Source: Octopus sinensis
Taxonomy: Eukaryota
Length of the DNA stretch: 64,000 bases
Reading direction: 5' to 3'
NCBI RefSeq assembly: GCF_006345805.1
Contig: NC_042998.1
Coordinates: forward strand, 33,480,001-33,544,000
Part shown: piece by piece, positions 1 to 13,411 of the stretch
How the letters are laid out: every line of letters starts with the position of its first letter
Numbering within the stretch: position 1 is the stretch's first letter
Made by a program: the position numbers and the translations under genes
The notes under the pieces: generated by a model
What the model was told of the DNA's origin: nothing
Seen by the model: only the letters and a program-made list of their open reading frames with translations
Databases searched by the model: none

Positions 1-143
1 TAAAAACATTACAATACAAATAAATGATATATGTTGTAAAGCTCAAAAGAAAATGAGAGATGTGAAAACACCTACAGAGATGTTTCAGCCCCTTGTTGAT
101 ATGCAATTTTAAGCATTTGGTTTATTTGCTAAGTAAGGCATCA

Positions 144-525
144 TCTCTCTCTATATAAACGGCAGTTTGTCTGTGCGTGTTTCTGTGTGTCTGTTTGCTT
201 GTACCCTCACCCTGACCACGGCTTTCAACCGATTCTGATGAAACTTAACACACACATAGCCCAATGTCATAATTCAAAACTAACGCAGCGAAAATTTTGA
301 AAAGTTCCCCCAGTTCTGAAAAAAATCGATAAATTCGACATGGGGTCGAGAATCAGAAACACAAACCGCAAACTGTCTAGGGGACGCAACTCCACCTTTT
401 TTTACTCTCAAAAAAATTTACCATCATTTTTTTCCATTTTTTGCTATTTTTTGGCTATAACTCTCTAAAAATGCTTTATAGTTATTTCCCTTACAAACCT
501 GAGCAACGCCGGGCGATACTGCTAG
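144..525 (+). mobile_element. Non-autonomous Helitron-like insertion (382 bp)
   Basis: Starts with TC and ends with CTAG after a GC-rich hairpin-like motif (cctgagcaacgccgggcg). Inserted between A143 and T526 with no TSD. The exact empty site ggcatca^tttttaact is in the paralogous block at 21397/21398. Confidence 0.85.
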
Positions 526-752
526 TTTTTAACTATATTGGAGCAGAACTTCTTCAGGGTTATTATGGGCTTATAGAATTAAGGTTAACATTTTTCTTTG
601 AAGGATACATACAGAATGTGTGTGTGTGTGTGTGTGTGTAAAATACAATTGGGACAAGAACGCAAAACATCCAAATAGACGATACAAAAAACACGGACGG
701 GTCATTCGAAGCCTTTAATCTTCAGTCAAGAACCGGATCATCCTCGTAATTG

Positions 753-796
<44 letters not shown>

Positions 797-848
797 ATAT
801 GTATGTATGTATATATATGAAATATATATAGGGAGAAAGAGAGAGATT

Positions 849-1211
<363 letters not shown>

Positions 1212-1249
1212 ATTAAAACGTATCTATTGAAATATGGAATCATATTTAC

Positions 1250-1500
1250 CACAGCTTTTTCCAAGTATGTTAAATGAGCTAATGCTTCTTCCGTTTCATA
1301 TTTCAATCTTCTTAACATGGAAGTAGCGATTCCTGAATGTATGTGTAAGGCTATAGCACTGTGTGTATTCGCATGCGGAGTGCATGGCTGAGTCCAGGGT
1401 CTAAACGTCTTTTCTTGAGTAACAGATGGTAACGCCATTGTCCAAGTTTTTCGAATGAATAATATTGCTAACATAGTTATTACTTTGCCAGCTGGGTATC
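1250..1500 (-). CDS. Gene A coding exon 2, putative secreted Unpaired/IL-6-like helical cytokine (downstream exons lie left of the window)
   Basis: Acceptor ttacag|GATACC (phase 1), donor GTG|gtaaat (phase 0), 251 nt open. Encodes (G)[83 protein letters not shown]. Splice sites are conserved in two other copies. Confidence 0.85.
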
Positions 1501-2214
1501 CTGTAAGTATTTAAGATATACATTTACAATCAAAATACATTTACAACTAATTTACACGTGGAAAACAAAGAGAAAATATTCAATAATGAGCTGCTAATAT
1601 AAAGAAGTAATTGTAACCCATTGAGTGTCCAAAGCGTTTTCAGACGTTTGTCTTAAGCGTCCGTGCTTGCTTCCCAATTTTTAGCAAATCTTTGTTTCAT
1701 ACGTTCTGAGTAAAATAAAGCTTTCTTATCATGTCTCATGTCACTCTGGTAGTTGGAAGAAAAATTAGGAATGTGTATGATATATGATGCATGGACGCTA
1801 GGGTATTAGATGGAATACAGAGGACAAGCAAACGGTTAAAATTGGTGTGAGAAATGGATTTTACCATGATTCAGGACAATGAAATTTAGTGAGAGGTCAG
1901 AGTCATGTGACTGGCACTTATGGAACCAATGAGGGAATTACTGCGTGACCGCTCGACCTGCTAGAAATAAGAACCAAATCTTCCTCAAATCACAATCCAT
2001 CGATTAAATAAACGGCATATTGTTATAATGAGATCCTAGGTTCCCTATACATAGAGAAAAGACGAGATGGTCAAGGCTGGGTGCCTTGACCTTCTCGTTG
2101 AACTGGAGATTTGTTTGAAATGGAAAACTGATCGCGATAGGATTTGAACTCCGGATTCAGGGAACCATAACAAATACCACAAGGCTTTTATATAGATCGT
2201 TCTCGAATCACATC

Positions 2215-2425
2215 GATTCATATGGCCGGTTCCCCGGTTTCCGCGATGACTATATTTCCCCACTGGACGGGATGCAGGATTAACTCGTTCTTGCCAGCTG
2301 AGCGGACTGGAGCAATGTGAAATGAAGTGCTTTGCTCAAGAACACAACGAATCACCCGGTCATGGAATCGAAACCACAATTTTACGATCATGAATTCAAC
2401 ACCCTTACCACTATGTCACACGCAT
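2215..2425 (-). mobile_element. tRNA-headed SINE (family D), degenerate
   Basis: Similar to 49945-50200. Minus-strand B-box-like GGTTTCGATTCC. Paralogous copies at about 23220-23430 and 25345-25560. Confidence 0.7.
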
Positions 2426-2534
2426 CCATATTTGTCCTGCAAGGCATATGTTCTGCGCTCTGACAACTCTACCAATTCACTCACCCCTAAATGTAATTAA
2501 TGAAAGGCATTTTAGGAAATAAATTAATCATAGA

Positions 2535-2694
2535 CGCGGCGGAGGCTGTGAGGTAAGATGCTTGCTTCCCAGCCACGTGGTTCTGGGTTCAGTCCTACTA
2601 TGCAGCACCTTGAACACGTGACGTCTACTATAGCCTCGGGCCGACCAAATCCCTTTAAGTTGATCTGGTAGACGGAAACTGGAAGAAGCCCGTC

Positions 2695-2697
<3 letters not shown>
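2535..2697 (+). mobile_element. tRNA-headed SINE (family A), 5' half
   Basis: ggctgtgaggtaag...ggttcagtcc...gtagacggaaactggaagaagcccgtcg matches the other family A copies. Confidence 0.8.
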
Positions 2698-2734
<37 letters not shown>

Positions 2735-2825
2735 ATATATACATATATAAACATACATATATCTATACATACATACATATATATACGTATGTATGTATGT
2801 ATGTATTTATGTGTGTGTATGTATA

Positions 2826-2948
<123 letters not shown>

Positions 2949-2956
2949 ATATATAA

Positions 2957-3240
2957 TATTAGAAAAAAAACACCTTTTATCAATTCAAAATGAATAATTA
3001 AATTACACCATCTAGAAAATTACCTATAATAGAAAAGTTAAAATTAAAATAACAATAAAAAGTAAAGATTAAGTAAATTACAAAAGTAATATAATGTATA
3101 TGATAAGTAGAAAAAGACACGTGTTTCGCTACTATTATTAAGAAATGATTATAGTAGTAGAGAAAGCATTTCCTTAAAAATATAGTCGCTCATCAGGTCA
3201 AAATAAAACAATAAAATAATTAATTAATAAATATACTTTA

Positions 3241-3305
<65 letters not shown>

Positions 3306-5370
3306 ATAGCGAGAATAATATGTTAATGGAAAGTAAGAAAACCTATCAACCCAAATTAAAGAAAGGTGCTAAAATATTAGAACCAAAGAACAATACACTA
3401 TGAAGATGTACAATCACAATCACCAGTCCTCTACCAAACCAGTCAATAACATTAGTAATAATGAAAACGATCAAAGTCAAAATAATAGCAAGAACTAACT
3501 AATATTGATTAGCAAACTAAATTACTAAGTTCTACGATTCTGTTAATCTATCTAGATTTTAAAATGATAAGCTTCTAATTAATCAACTCAATCGATTCCA
3601 TTCATGAAAAATACAATCAAAAATTTGAAATAGTACAAATACACTCAAATCCATTATATAAATTCGTTATATTAATATCCATGTATAATATCTATAGATT
3701 TAATATATCACACGATAAAAAAGTTAAGCATAAACTTTATATTAAAATAAAAACTAGTTTATTTTTAAATAATACTATTTAATGAAAATATTATCTAATT
3801 ATATTAAGAAATAAAGTCAAACACTATTATTTCTCAAATTAAATAATATGTAAAACGTAAAATCTTTTATAACAATTAAACATCGGACGTAAAAATACTA
3901 TCAAGAAACTATAAATAAATAAAAATATTACATCAAACAAAAATAATATCAACAATAATAATAATTTCAAACACACAACGGTTCAATATTCAAATGAAAT
4001 AGAGAAACGATAAAAATCAGACTTAGCTTTAGCGAAGAATGAAGAGTAACTGATTTCTAAAAGAGATATATATTTAAGGCGTTTATAAAATTATCGTGCG
4101 GATACATAGTGCAAAGAAATAGAATAAATCCTCAATGAAAGTGGCAAAACTTTTAACAATGAAAAATACGAAAAAAACGTTTATAAAATTTATCGCGTGG
4201 AATACAATAAATACTCAATGAACGTGGTGAAATTATTATCAATGAAAAATACGAAAAGACGAAAAAACTTAAAGCCTCATCAACTAAAAAATTTGAGAAA
4301 AACACAACTAATGGAGAAACTAATATAAAAAAAACCCAAATAAATATAACAGACACCTATTATTATATCAATAGCAAAATTAATCCCAGCTAAACATTAA
4401 CCCCCTCCCCAAATACAAATCCAAAGTAAAGGAGAAAATAACGTTGCTAAGTTAATTAGAGAATATCACTATATTATAAACGTAAAGAATAATATTTAGC
4501 GTCTATAAGAAATAAAACTCGTGGAGACGTTGCATGGAAAAATAGAACATAACTATTAATGAAAAAGGCTAAAAGAAAATTATTAATGAAATACGGGAAG
4601 TATCTAAACTTCATGAATCAAATAAAGTTAATAAAAGTAGTAATAGTAAAAATAGTATATTAAGTATTACTTGTTCATCATCACTACCCGGATTCTGTAA
4701 CAAGCTATACGCGATTATAAATATTATGACCATTAATATTATAATAACTAACATAAAAATTAACATTATTAATATCATTATAAATTACCATCACTAACAA
4801 ATTCCAATCTACAACAAACTGCCAACTAACTTCAAATTCATTCACAGCCGACTATCTCCTACCATTCAACCTTTCCTAAAAACTGCAACAGATGAAGCCG
4901 AAAACTCATCTCAAACTCACCAGCAACAAATATTATTCATCATTATTTTTAAAATATTAATATGATTTATAATAAAACAGTAAAAAAACTCTAATACTAT
5001 TAGATAATATCTACAATAAAAAAAAAGCCACATAAGACAAGATAAGGTTTAATAATACTAAAGATAAGTTAAATGTAATATATAATTACTTAAAATATCA
5101 TTTAATTTTTAAAAACTATTTACTATAAATTTAAAGTTTAAATAATAAGTAATCAAATAAAATACATATATATTATTTTGAAAGTAATTTATATTACTAT
5201 AATATTGATTTTAAAATAATATAATTATTTATTTATCATTTAAATCTTTTATAAAGGTACTTTAATTTATGTTTACATTTAATTTTACGTTCTTCTAAAG
5301 AGTTTAACAACGCACAATTTTATGAAATAATATCTCCCTAAATTCGTTATTACAAAGAGAACAACTATTA
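2957..5370. mobile_element. Very AT-rich degenerate element, possibly Penelope-like, in gene A intron 1
   Basis: Its left end resembles the reverse complement of 19975-20035. It contains a minus-strand hammerhead-like core at 3116-3199 and no intact ORF. Confidence 0.35.
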
Positions 5371-5376
5371 TATATA

Positions 5377-5768
5377 GTGGCTGTGTGGTAAGTAGCTTGC
5401 TAACCAACCACATGGTTCCGGGTTCAGTCCCACTGCGTGGCATCTTGGGCAAGTGCCTTCTGCTATAGCCCCGGGCCGACCAATGCCTTGTGAGAGGATT
5501 TGGTAGACGGAAACTGAAAGAAGCTTGTCGTATATATGTGTATATATATGTGGGGGGTTGTGTGTCTCTGTTTGTCCCCCTAGCATTGCTTGACAACCGA
5601 TGCTGGTGTGTTTACGTCCCCGTCACTTGGTGGTTCGGCAAAAGAGACCGATAGAACAAGTACTGGGCTTACAAAGAATAAGTCCCGGGGTCGATTTGAT
5701 CGACTAAAGGCGGTGCTCCAGCATGGCCGCAGTCAAATGACTGAAACAAGTAAAAGAGTAAAAGAGAG
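5377..5768 (+). mobile_element. tRNA-headed SINE (family A), full length
   Basis: A-box-like GGCTGTGTGG, B-box-like GGTTCAGTCC, internal (TA/TG)n linker, 3' end gactgaaacaagtaaaagag. More than 15 full or partial copies in the window. Confidence 0.9.
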
Positions 5769-6148
5769 TATATATACATACATATATAAATATATATACA
5801 TACATATATAAATATATACATACATACATATATAAATATATATGAATATATATACATACATACATATATAAATATACATTCATACATATATAAATAGATA
5901 TACATAACTACATACATATATAAATATATATACATACATATATAAATATATATACATACATATATGAATATATATACATACATAAATAGATATATGTATA
6001 TACATATATAAATAGATATACATACATACATACATATATAAATATATATACATACATATATAAATATATATACATACACATATAAATATATATACATACA
6101 TATATAAATAAATAAATATGTACATACATACATACATAAATAAATACA

Positions 6149-6180
<32 letters not shown>

Positions 6181-6494
6181 CATACATACATACATACATA
6201 CATACATTTGCAATATCCGCCAACTAGTTTGTTTGCTTTGCTTTGTTTTCCTATAATTTCGGACCCCTGGACAACTTGCTCTATAAGGGTATTATTATTT
6301 TTTCGTTTTCCTGTGAATGTTGACTGGCATCAATCGAGCAAGATTTTTAACCTTGCCAATTTTACTGGTCTCAGAGGGCCTGAGAAAAAAAACCATGGGA
6401 ACAGACTTTTTCTCCTGAACAATCGAACAAAATGAAAACAAGAAAGAAAGCAATCGCAAAAATTAAATAAAGATTAGAAAACACTTAATCGTAC

Positions 6495-6516
6495 CTTTCA
6501 ACAGTTCGAATGCCAT
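6495..6516 (-). CDS. Gene A coding exon 1 (MAFELLK+G, phase 1)
   Basis: ATGGCATTCGAACTGTTGAAAG|gtacga. Phase 1 joins exon 2 as G|GA = Gly. Identical in the paralogue at 28253-28274, with TATA and Inr upstream. Confidence 0.75.
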
Positions 6517-6635
6517 TCTTGTATTCTATCTTCAAAAGTTGTGTATCGGTGATGAGAATAATAAAGTTTTCAGATAAGTTATCTCTGTACTTACAACACT
6601 TGTTAATGTGTACTCGTGTCGTGAGCCTTACGTTC

Positions 6636-6850
6636 AACTGCTTCATCCTTACAAATTCCCCCATATATATACCAACTCAAGATGTGAAATTCATATTAAA
6701 CGCATGACACAAATGAAAGTAAATTTTCATCAAAATACCTTTTCGGAAGACAATATGATGATGGCTGATGATGTCATTACGGAAACTGAAAGAACAATTT
6801 CCGGCCACATCCGCCACAAGTGGAAAGATGCAAACAACTTTCAGTTCTCG
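6636..6850 (-). promoter_or_regulatory. Putative gene A core and proximal promoter
   Basis: TATATATAT at 6671-6663, about 30 nt upstream of Inr-like GCAGTT (A at 6639). CRE-like TGATGTCA next to ISRE-like GAAACTGAAA (6782-6791). Block conserved with 28394-28610. Confidence 0.55.
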
Positions 6851-6861
6851 ATGACAGACTT

Positions 6862-7100
6862 CCTATTTTACTTGCTTCAGTCATTTGACAGCGGCCATGC
6901 TGGGTGTGACACAAACACACACACACACAAACATATACACACACATACATATATACATATACGACGGGCCTCTTCCAGTTTCCTTCTATCAAATCCACTC
7001 ACAAGGATTTGGTCGACCCGAAGCTATAATAGAAGACTTTTGCCCAAGGTGCCACGCAGTGGGATTGAACCCGAGACTATGTGGTTGGTAAGCAAGCTAC
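6862..7100 (-). mobile_element. SINE family A, internally deleted; paralogous to 28621-29040
   Basis: Reverse complement of family A at the same position upstream of both promoters. Confidence 0.8.
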
Positions 7101-7876
7101 TTTATTTCATAAAATTTGTCATCATAGACACAAAGAGTGTGCAGCTTTGCGGGCTGGACAAACACATTAATGAATGAAAATGAAATATAACGAATAAGTG
7201 AGAGACGAAACCCAACACCCGCCGATTGGATTTTTGTCGAAGACATATTTTCTTTTTTTAAAAATCAATATGAGGTTTCAAACCTCTTACAAGAAGGAGG
7301 CACTAAAACCTCTTACTTAACATGTTTTTCTTTAAACACACAATTGAGGTTATAAACCACTGCAAATAATACAATAAGATGAGGTTTCAAACCCTATAAC
7401 GAGGGTCTTTCACCTCCTACTCTTCGATATATCCATCGATATATTCATCATTATTCAATGCCGCTTGAGTTCCTGTATCCCGCCATTTCCCATGCCTCAC
7501 TCATGTAGGACATATAAGTCGTGTAAGGGCCACCCGGCCATATGTGACACTCCTCCCCAAATCCTTTAAGCCTTTCCCACAAGGGAAACCTTATGACCTC
7601 CGCAGCTATCTGCGGAGGCCATTCAGAATCCCGTGTGAAGGGTATATTTACTGTCTCTTTATGTCCTTCTACAATTTTTCCACCTCCCCGCCCTTATAGA
7701 AAAAGATAATTAATTGATCATCTTTAAGGGTAGTCCATGGACTCCCTGGGGGAGTCCGTAAAGATAGTAGTGGGGGGCTTCGTGGACCTTTCAACGTCCT
7801 GGGGTCTGTGAGAAAACTCATTTAAATATAAGAGGTCTTCGATAGAGAAAAGGTTGGGAACCACTGATGTATATAA

Positions 7877-8152
7877 TCACCATCACCATCATCATCATCA
7901 TCATCATCCTCATCATCATCATTATCATCATCATTATTACCATCATCATTATCACCATCATCATCATCATCATCATCGCCGTCGTTGTCGTCGTTATCGT
8001 CATCGTCATCGTCTTCATTATCACCATCATCATCGTCGTCGTGGTCGTCGTTATCGTCATCGTCATCATCATTATCACTGTCATCATCATCATCACAACC
8101 ACCACCATCAGCATCATTACCACCACCACTACCAACAACAACAACAACAACA
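7877..8152. repeat. Compound (CAT)n/(CGT)n/(CAC)n/(CAA)n microsatellite
   Basis: Direct reading. Paralogous array at 29303-29790. Confidence 0.95.
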
Positions 8153-8315
8153 AGCAATTTAAAAAAGCAATTAAAAAAGCAATTACAAAAAGCAATTAAA
8201 AAAAGCAATTAAAAAAAAGCAAATAAAAAAGCAATTAAAAAAAGCAATTAAAAAAGCAATTGAAAAAAGCTATTGAAAAAAGCAATTAAAAAAAGCAATT
8301 AAAGAAGCAATAAAA
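8153..8315. repeat. Short minisatellite (GCAATTAAAAAA[A])n
   Basis: About a dozen 12-14 bp units. Three similar units at 31779-31817. Confidence 0.9.
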
Positions 8316-8476
8316 AAAGAGATAGGCTCTCTTTCTTTCTTGATAAGAAGATTGCATTTTACACCGTTTATTTCTTTTGAATAAAACCAAGTTGTCTTCG
8401 AAACATATGTCGAAACCAAAAGAATTTTAATTACATCTTCGTTCAACTCCATTTATTTACTTATATACATATATAT

Positions 8477-8571
<95 letters not shown>

Positions 8572-8574
8572 TAA

Positions 8575-8618
<44 letters not shown>

Positions 8619-9951
8619 ATTATGTATGTATTATGTATGTATATATATAATATATATACATATATATAATAATATATATAAATTATATATCACACCGCGA
8701 CGAGACTTCCGCCGCTGTCTTTCTGGCCTGGCCCTCTCAAGGTAATGGACGACATTCTTTTTGCTCCGCTCGTCGTTCATAAAAAATTCCGCGTTCGCAA
8801 TACTTTTTTTCGTTCGGCGTTAACAGCCCTTCTTATCTTGTTTTTCCTTTACCTGTCTTTTACTGTTTATAATTTGTACTGTCGTTACTGTCCTGCTTTT
8901 GTTACCATTTTTTACCCCTCTCCGAAAAGATCTCAGAATTTTAATTGATTTGCTTTTCGCAGGAAGGAAAGTTTCTTGTCGAAGATACGTCTCGCTTTTA
9001 TCCTTCGAAACGTAGAGTATATTAAACCATAACGACTGAAGACGGGGTTTTTTCTTTGTGTTAATTGTCCTGTACTCTATTTTTTTGTTGTTGTTTAAAA
9101 AAATGTCCAGTTCCTTTGGTTTGTTCTATGTTTTCGTTTCTCATTGTGTTCGACGTCCTTTTGGTGTCCTGTACTCATATATGCGAGTTTATGTACATGT
9201 AGAGGTAGGTACGTACAAATATGTTTATATATATGCATATGTTTTATTTTATTTATTAATATATATATATATATATATTCGCCAATACATACACACACAC
9301 ACTCACGTTTTCTCTCCAGTGATGGAGGCAGCTTGCATGCAGACTGCTAAAACCAAAACGAAAATAATGACCTAATTCTTTCATAACTCGGAATACCCAC
9401 AGCATAAGAAGAAGAAGAAAAAGACGAAATGAAAGAGAAGAAGAAGAATGATGAAAATATTAGCATAAAAGTTATGGAACCCACAACTGGGATGTTTCAA
9501 GCGGCGGGACTTCAGATGTAGGAAAAATAAAACGGAGTCGAAGGAAAAAGAAAAGAGAAAAAAAAGTGGGGGGGGGTTAAAAAGGAAAAATGGAATTATG
9601 GCAAAAATAACTGAAGACTCTAAGTGTGAAGAACATCAATATAATTTTGGGTTCGGTTTTTTTTTATACCTAAGCTAATTTTCCCATTTTCACTTTCGGT
9701 TCTCCTCTTGGTTCGTGCCAGAGAAGTCTCAGATGCACCGAAGAAGGACAGAACGGTTGTACACGTTGCTAGAAATATCAGCCAAATGTTTATATACACT
9801 ACAAGGCCATATGATGAGAGGTCGTCTCACGATACGTAAAGCAGGGTTCTGTGTTCTAAGATAGTATCAACTTTTTAGTGAGGATAAATATTATCTTTTG
9901 ATATTAATATTGATTTTCTGGCTCCTAGTTTATATAAATATACACGTGCGA

Positions 9952-10548
9952 AAGGCGGCGAGCTGGCAGAAACGTTAGCACGCAGGGCGAAATGCTTAGC
10001 GGTATTTCGTCTGCCGCTACATTCTGAGTTCAAATTCCGCCGAGGTAGACTTTGCCTGTCATCCTTTCGGGGTCGATTAAATAAATACCAGTTACGCACT
10101 GGAGTCGATATAATCGACTTAATCCGTTTGTCTGTCCTTGTTTGTCCTCTCTGTGTTTAGCCCCTTGTGGGTAGTAAAGAAATAGGTATTTCGTCGGCCG
10201 TTACGTTCTGAGTTCAAATTCCATCGAGGTCGACTTTGCCTTTCATCCTTTCGGGGTCGATTAAATAAGTACCAGTTACGCACTGGAGTCGATATAATCG
10301 ACTTAATCCGTTTGTCTATCCTTGTTTGTCCTCTCTGTGTTTAGCCCCTTGTGGGTAGTAAAGAAATAGGTATTTCGTCGGCCGTTACGTTCTGAGTTCA
10401 AATGCCGCCGAGGTAGACTTTGCCTTTCATCCTTTCGGGGTCGATTAAATAAGTACCAGTTATGTACTGGGTCGATCCAATCGACTTAATCACTTTCTCC
10501 TTGTTTGTCCCGTCTATGTTTAGCCCCCTGTGGTCAATAAATAAATAA
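9952..10548 (+). mobile_element. SINE family C with its roughly 180 bp body repeated three times in tandem
   Basis: Head aaggcggcgagctggcagaaacgttagc, B-box-like GAGTTCAAATTC, body gtcgactttgcctttcatcctttcggggtcg repeated three times. A related two-unit copy is at 40454-40850. Confidence 0.85.
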
Positions 10549-10852
10549 ATATTGCTATTCTCTCTTTTCATTTATGTGTGTGTACTTATATACATATTTT
10601 TTTATATTTATAAACATCTACACTCGCAAGTAAATATATATAAATATATACACGTGTATATTCATATGTAAACACATAACGTGTACATACATATAAATCT
10701 GCAGGTATGTATACATATATACTTATACAAGTATATGCACAAGTGTATGCCTCCAAACATATACGAGCATACACGCGCACACACATACACATACACATAA
10801 ACACACACACATACACATAAACACACACACACACACACATACACATACACAT

Positions 10853-10900
<48 letters not shown>

Positions 10901-11088
10901 CCCCCACACATACAGGCAACCATAGTATTCCATGTAGCCATATTTGCAGACGGGTACTACCCAGCGAAAGCAATGCCCGAATTTTTTCATCACCGAAATG
11001 ACAATGATTAAAAACATAATGGAACTTTCACCGATAGCATTGCCCGACTAGCAGAGTTTGTCTTGACCCTCATAAACTGAGGTAAAGT

Positions 11089-11475
11089 GTGGTGGAAGCA
11101 CTCCGTCGGTGACGACGATGAGGGTTCCGGTTGATCCGAATCAACGGAACAGCCTGCTCGTGAAATTAACGTGTAAGTGGCTGAGCACTCCACAGACACG
11201 TGTACCCTTAACGTAGTTCTCGGGGATAGTCAGCGTGACACAGAGAGTGACAAGGCCGGCCCTTTGAAATACAGGTACAACAGAAACAGGAAGTAAGAGT
11301 GAGAGAAAGTTGTGGTGAAAGAGTACAGCAGGGATCACCACCATCCCCTGCCGGAGCCTCGTGGAGCTTTAGGTGTTTTCGCTCAATAAACACTCACAAC
11401 GCCCGATCTGGGAATCGAAACCGCGATCCTATGACCGCGAGTCCGCTGCCCTAACCACTGGGCCATTGCGCCTCC
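11089..11475 (-). mobile_element. tRNA-headed SINE (family B) with 13-bp TSD
   Basis: Minus-strand head ggaggcgcaatggcccagtggttagggc...ggtttcgattccc. TSD actgaggtaaagt at 11076-11088 and 11476-11488. Confidence 0.9.
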
Positions 11476-12100
11476 ACTGAGGTAAAGTAACGTTCATCAC
11501 CATCGTCATCACCATCGTCATCACCATCGTCATCACCATTGTTATTATTCAACATCTGGTAGTTTCAAGTAACATTTTATTGCATCACTTGCTTCACTCT
11601 CCTGTTGGTGAGGTGTGTGCAGTATTTCCTTTGTTTTTTTTTTGATGGGGAGAGTATTGTATTGCATTAGTATGTTTTATTATGGGGTTTGGTTTCAGTA
11701 TTCTGTTGTATTAGTATTTGAATCGCGTGTTGTTTGTGCAGTGCAGGTTGTGTTCTGCTGGCTGTCGGGCCTTTCTGGCTTATGCTGTTCGGTTTATTCC
11801 TTTTAGTGGGTATTCACTGTATGAGTTTATTACTGTATATTTTTAAGAAGTGTTGCGTTGTAGTGTGCGTAAATAATTTCATTGCAGTCGTTGTCGTACC
11901 AATCGCTCCTTTTTGGTTTTGTTATTCGTTTGGGCAGCAACATTAAGAGATGGGTCCATCTGTATAGAGTTCACTTTTTGATAAAACACTGTCGCTAACA
12001 ATTACAAAGTGACTCACGTCCGAGAATTTCTTGCGTTATGACAAGTGCCATTCTCGAAACTTTCGACCGTTGAGTAATACTTAATTTCTACCAAATGACA

Positions 12101-12152
<52 letters not shown>

Positions 12153-12511
12153 CGTGTGTGTGTTCAGGTGTGGTGCTCAGTGCAGTGGTCATTAACGTCC
12201 AGACTTATTAATGCTGTGAACTGCTGCTTGGGCAACGTTGACCAAAGTGTCCTGTGGGTTTACTGCAGATGCAATTTCGATTTCTTCCCAAAGGGCCGTC
12301 AGTGTAGCCGGTTTTCTGCGATGCAAAACATCCTTTACGGTGCATTATTTACATTATTTACATTTGATGGATATTTGTCCCCTTCTTGTTTGTTGTTAAC
12401 ACAATATTTCATCTGATATACCCTCCAGCCTTCACCAGGTGTCTTGGGGAAATTTCGAACCTGGGTTCCCATTCATAAGGTATTTTACGATGTTATCATT
12501 ATTATTATTAT

Positions 12512-13231
12512 TCTATGTTTGACTTTTGCTTTATATTTGTACAAGTTGGCTCCAAGTCTCACCCAGAGACCTCAAGAGACAACAGGGTTGGAAGTTCATG
12601 TTGTTGTTATGCCTAGTGTGCCATATATTTGGGGGGTGGGGATGTTGTACTAATGAATGTCTAAAAAAAAATGTTTTTTTGGGGGGGTTTTTTTAAACCG
12701 AAAATTATGTTTGTTTTAAACCTTGAGATTACATAGAGAGTATTTTGCGTAGGATATGAGCAGTTCCCATGAGCACTATCTTTTGAACTTCTGCCATTTT
12801 TGGGTTTCCTGGTATCTGAGTTAGGTAGCTATCAGCCCCTTTTGCTATCATTCCCAGGGCACCTATGACAACAGGTATTGTTTTAGTCTTCAGCTTCCAC
12901 ATTTTGCTGATTTCTATTTCAAGATCTTTATATTTGCTCAGTTTTTGGTAGGTCTTGACAGATACGTTTATATCGATTGGGACAGTCATATCAATGAGGA
13001 GGCATGTTCTTTGTTTGAAGTCTTTCAATATGATGTCTGGCCTATTTGCATCTATCTTCCTGTCAGTTTGAATGGTGAAGTTCCAGAGGAGTGAGATGTG
13101 GTCATTTTCAAGCACTGGGGGTGGTTTGTGTTCCCACCAGTTTTTTTCATGGGGCAAATCCAGGTTTTTACAGATTACCCAGTGAATATATTGTGCAGCT
13201 CTATCGTGCCTGTTGAGATACTCTGTAGGCG
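12512..13231 (-). mobile_element. 5'-truncated REL-endonuclease non-LTR retrotransposon (R4/Dong-like) in a (TAA)n tract
   Basis: Open frame with RHD, RPDII, IDMTVP, KLSKYKDL and IPVVIGALG motifs of restriction-like endonuclease LINE C-termini. Stop at 12729, and (TAA)n on both sides. Confidence 0.85.
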
Positions 13232-13232
13232 C

Positions 13233-13411
<179 letters not shown>

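Noticed and set aside
6653-6662. NF-kB-like GGGGAATTTG next to the TATA box
   Set aside because: It lacks the terminal CC, lies between TATA and Inr, and differs in the paralogue.
6608-7177. Plus-strand ORFs 6608-7177 and 28366-29013 conserved between duplicates
   Set aside because: They span the minus-strand promoter and run into a SINE. The similarity reflects recent duplication.
7818-8212. Poly-His, poly-Asp, poly-Ile and poly-Met ORFs here and at 29246-29861 and 59014-59370
   Set aside because: Translations of trinucleotide microsatellites.
11395-11475. tRNA genes at SINE heads
   Set aside because: They are fused to SINE bodies with TSDs, and no standalone cloverleaf with terminator was seen.
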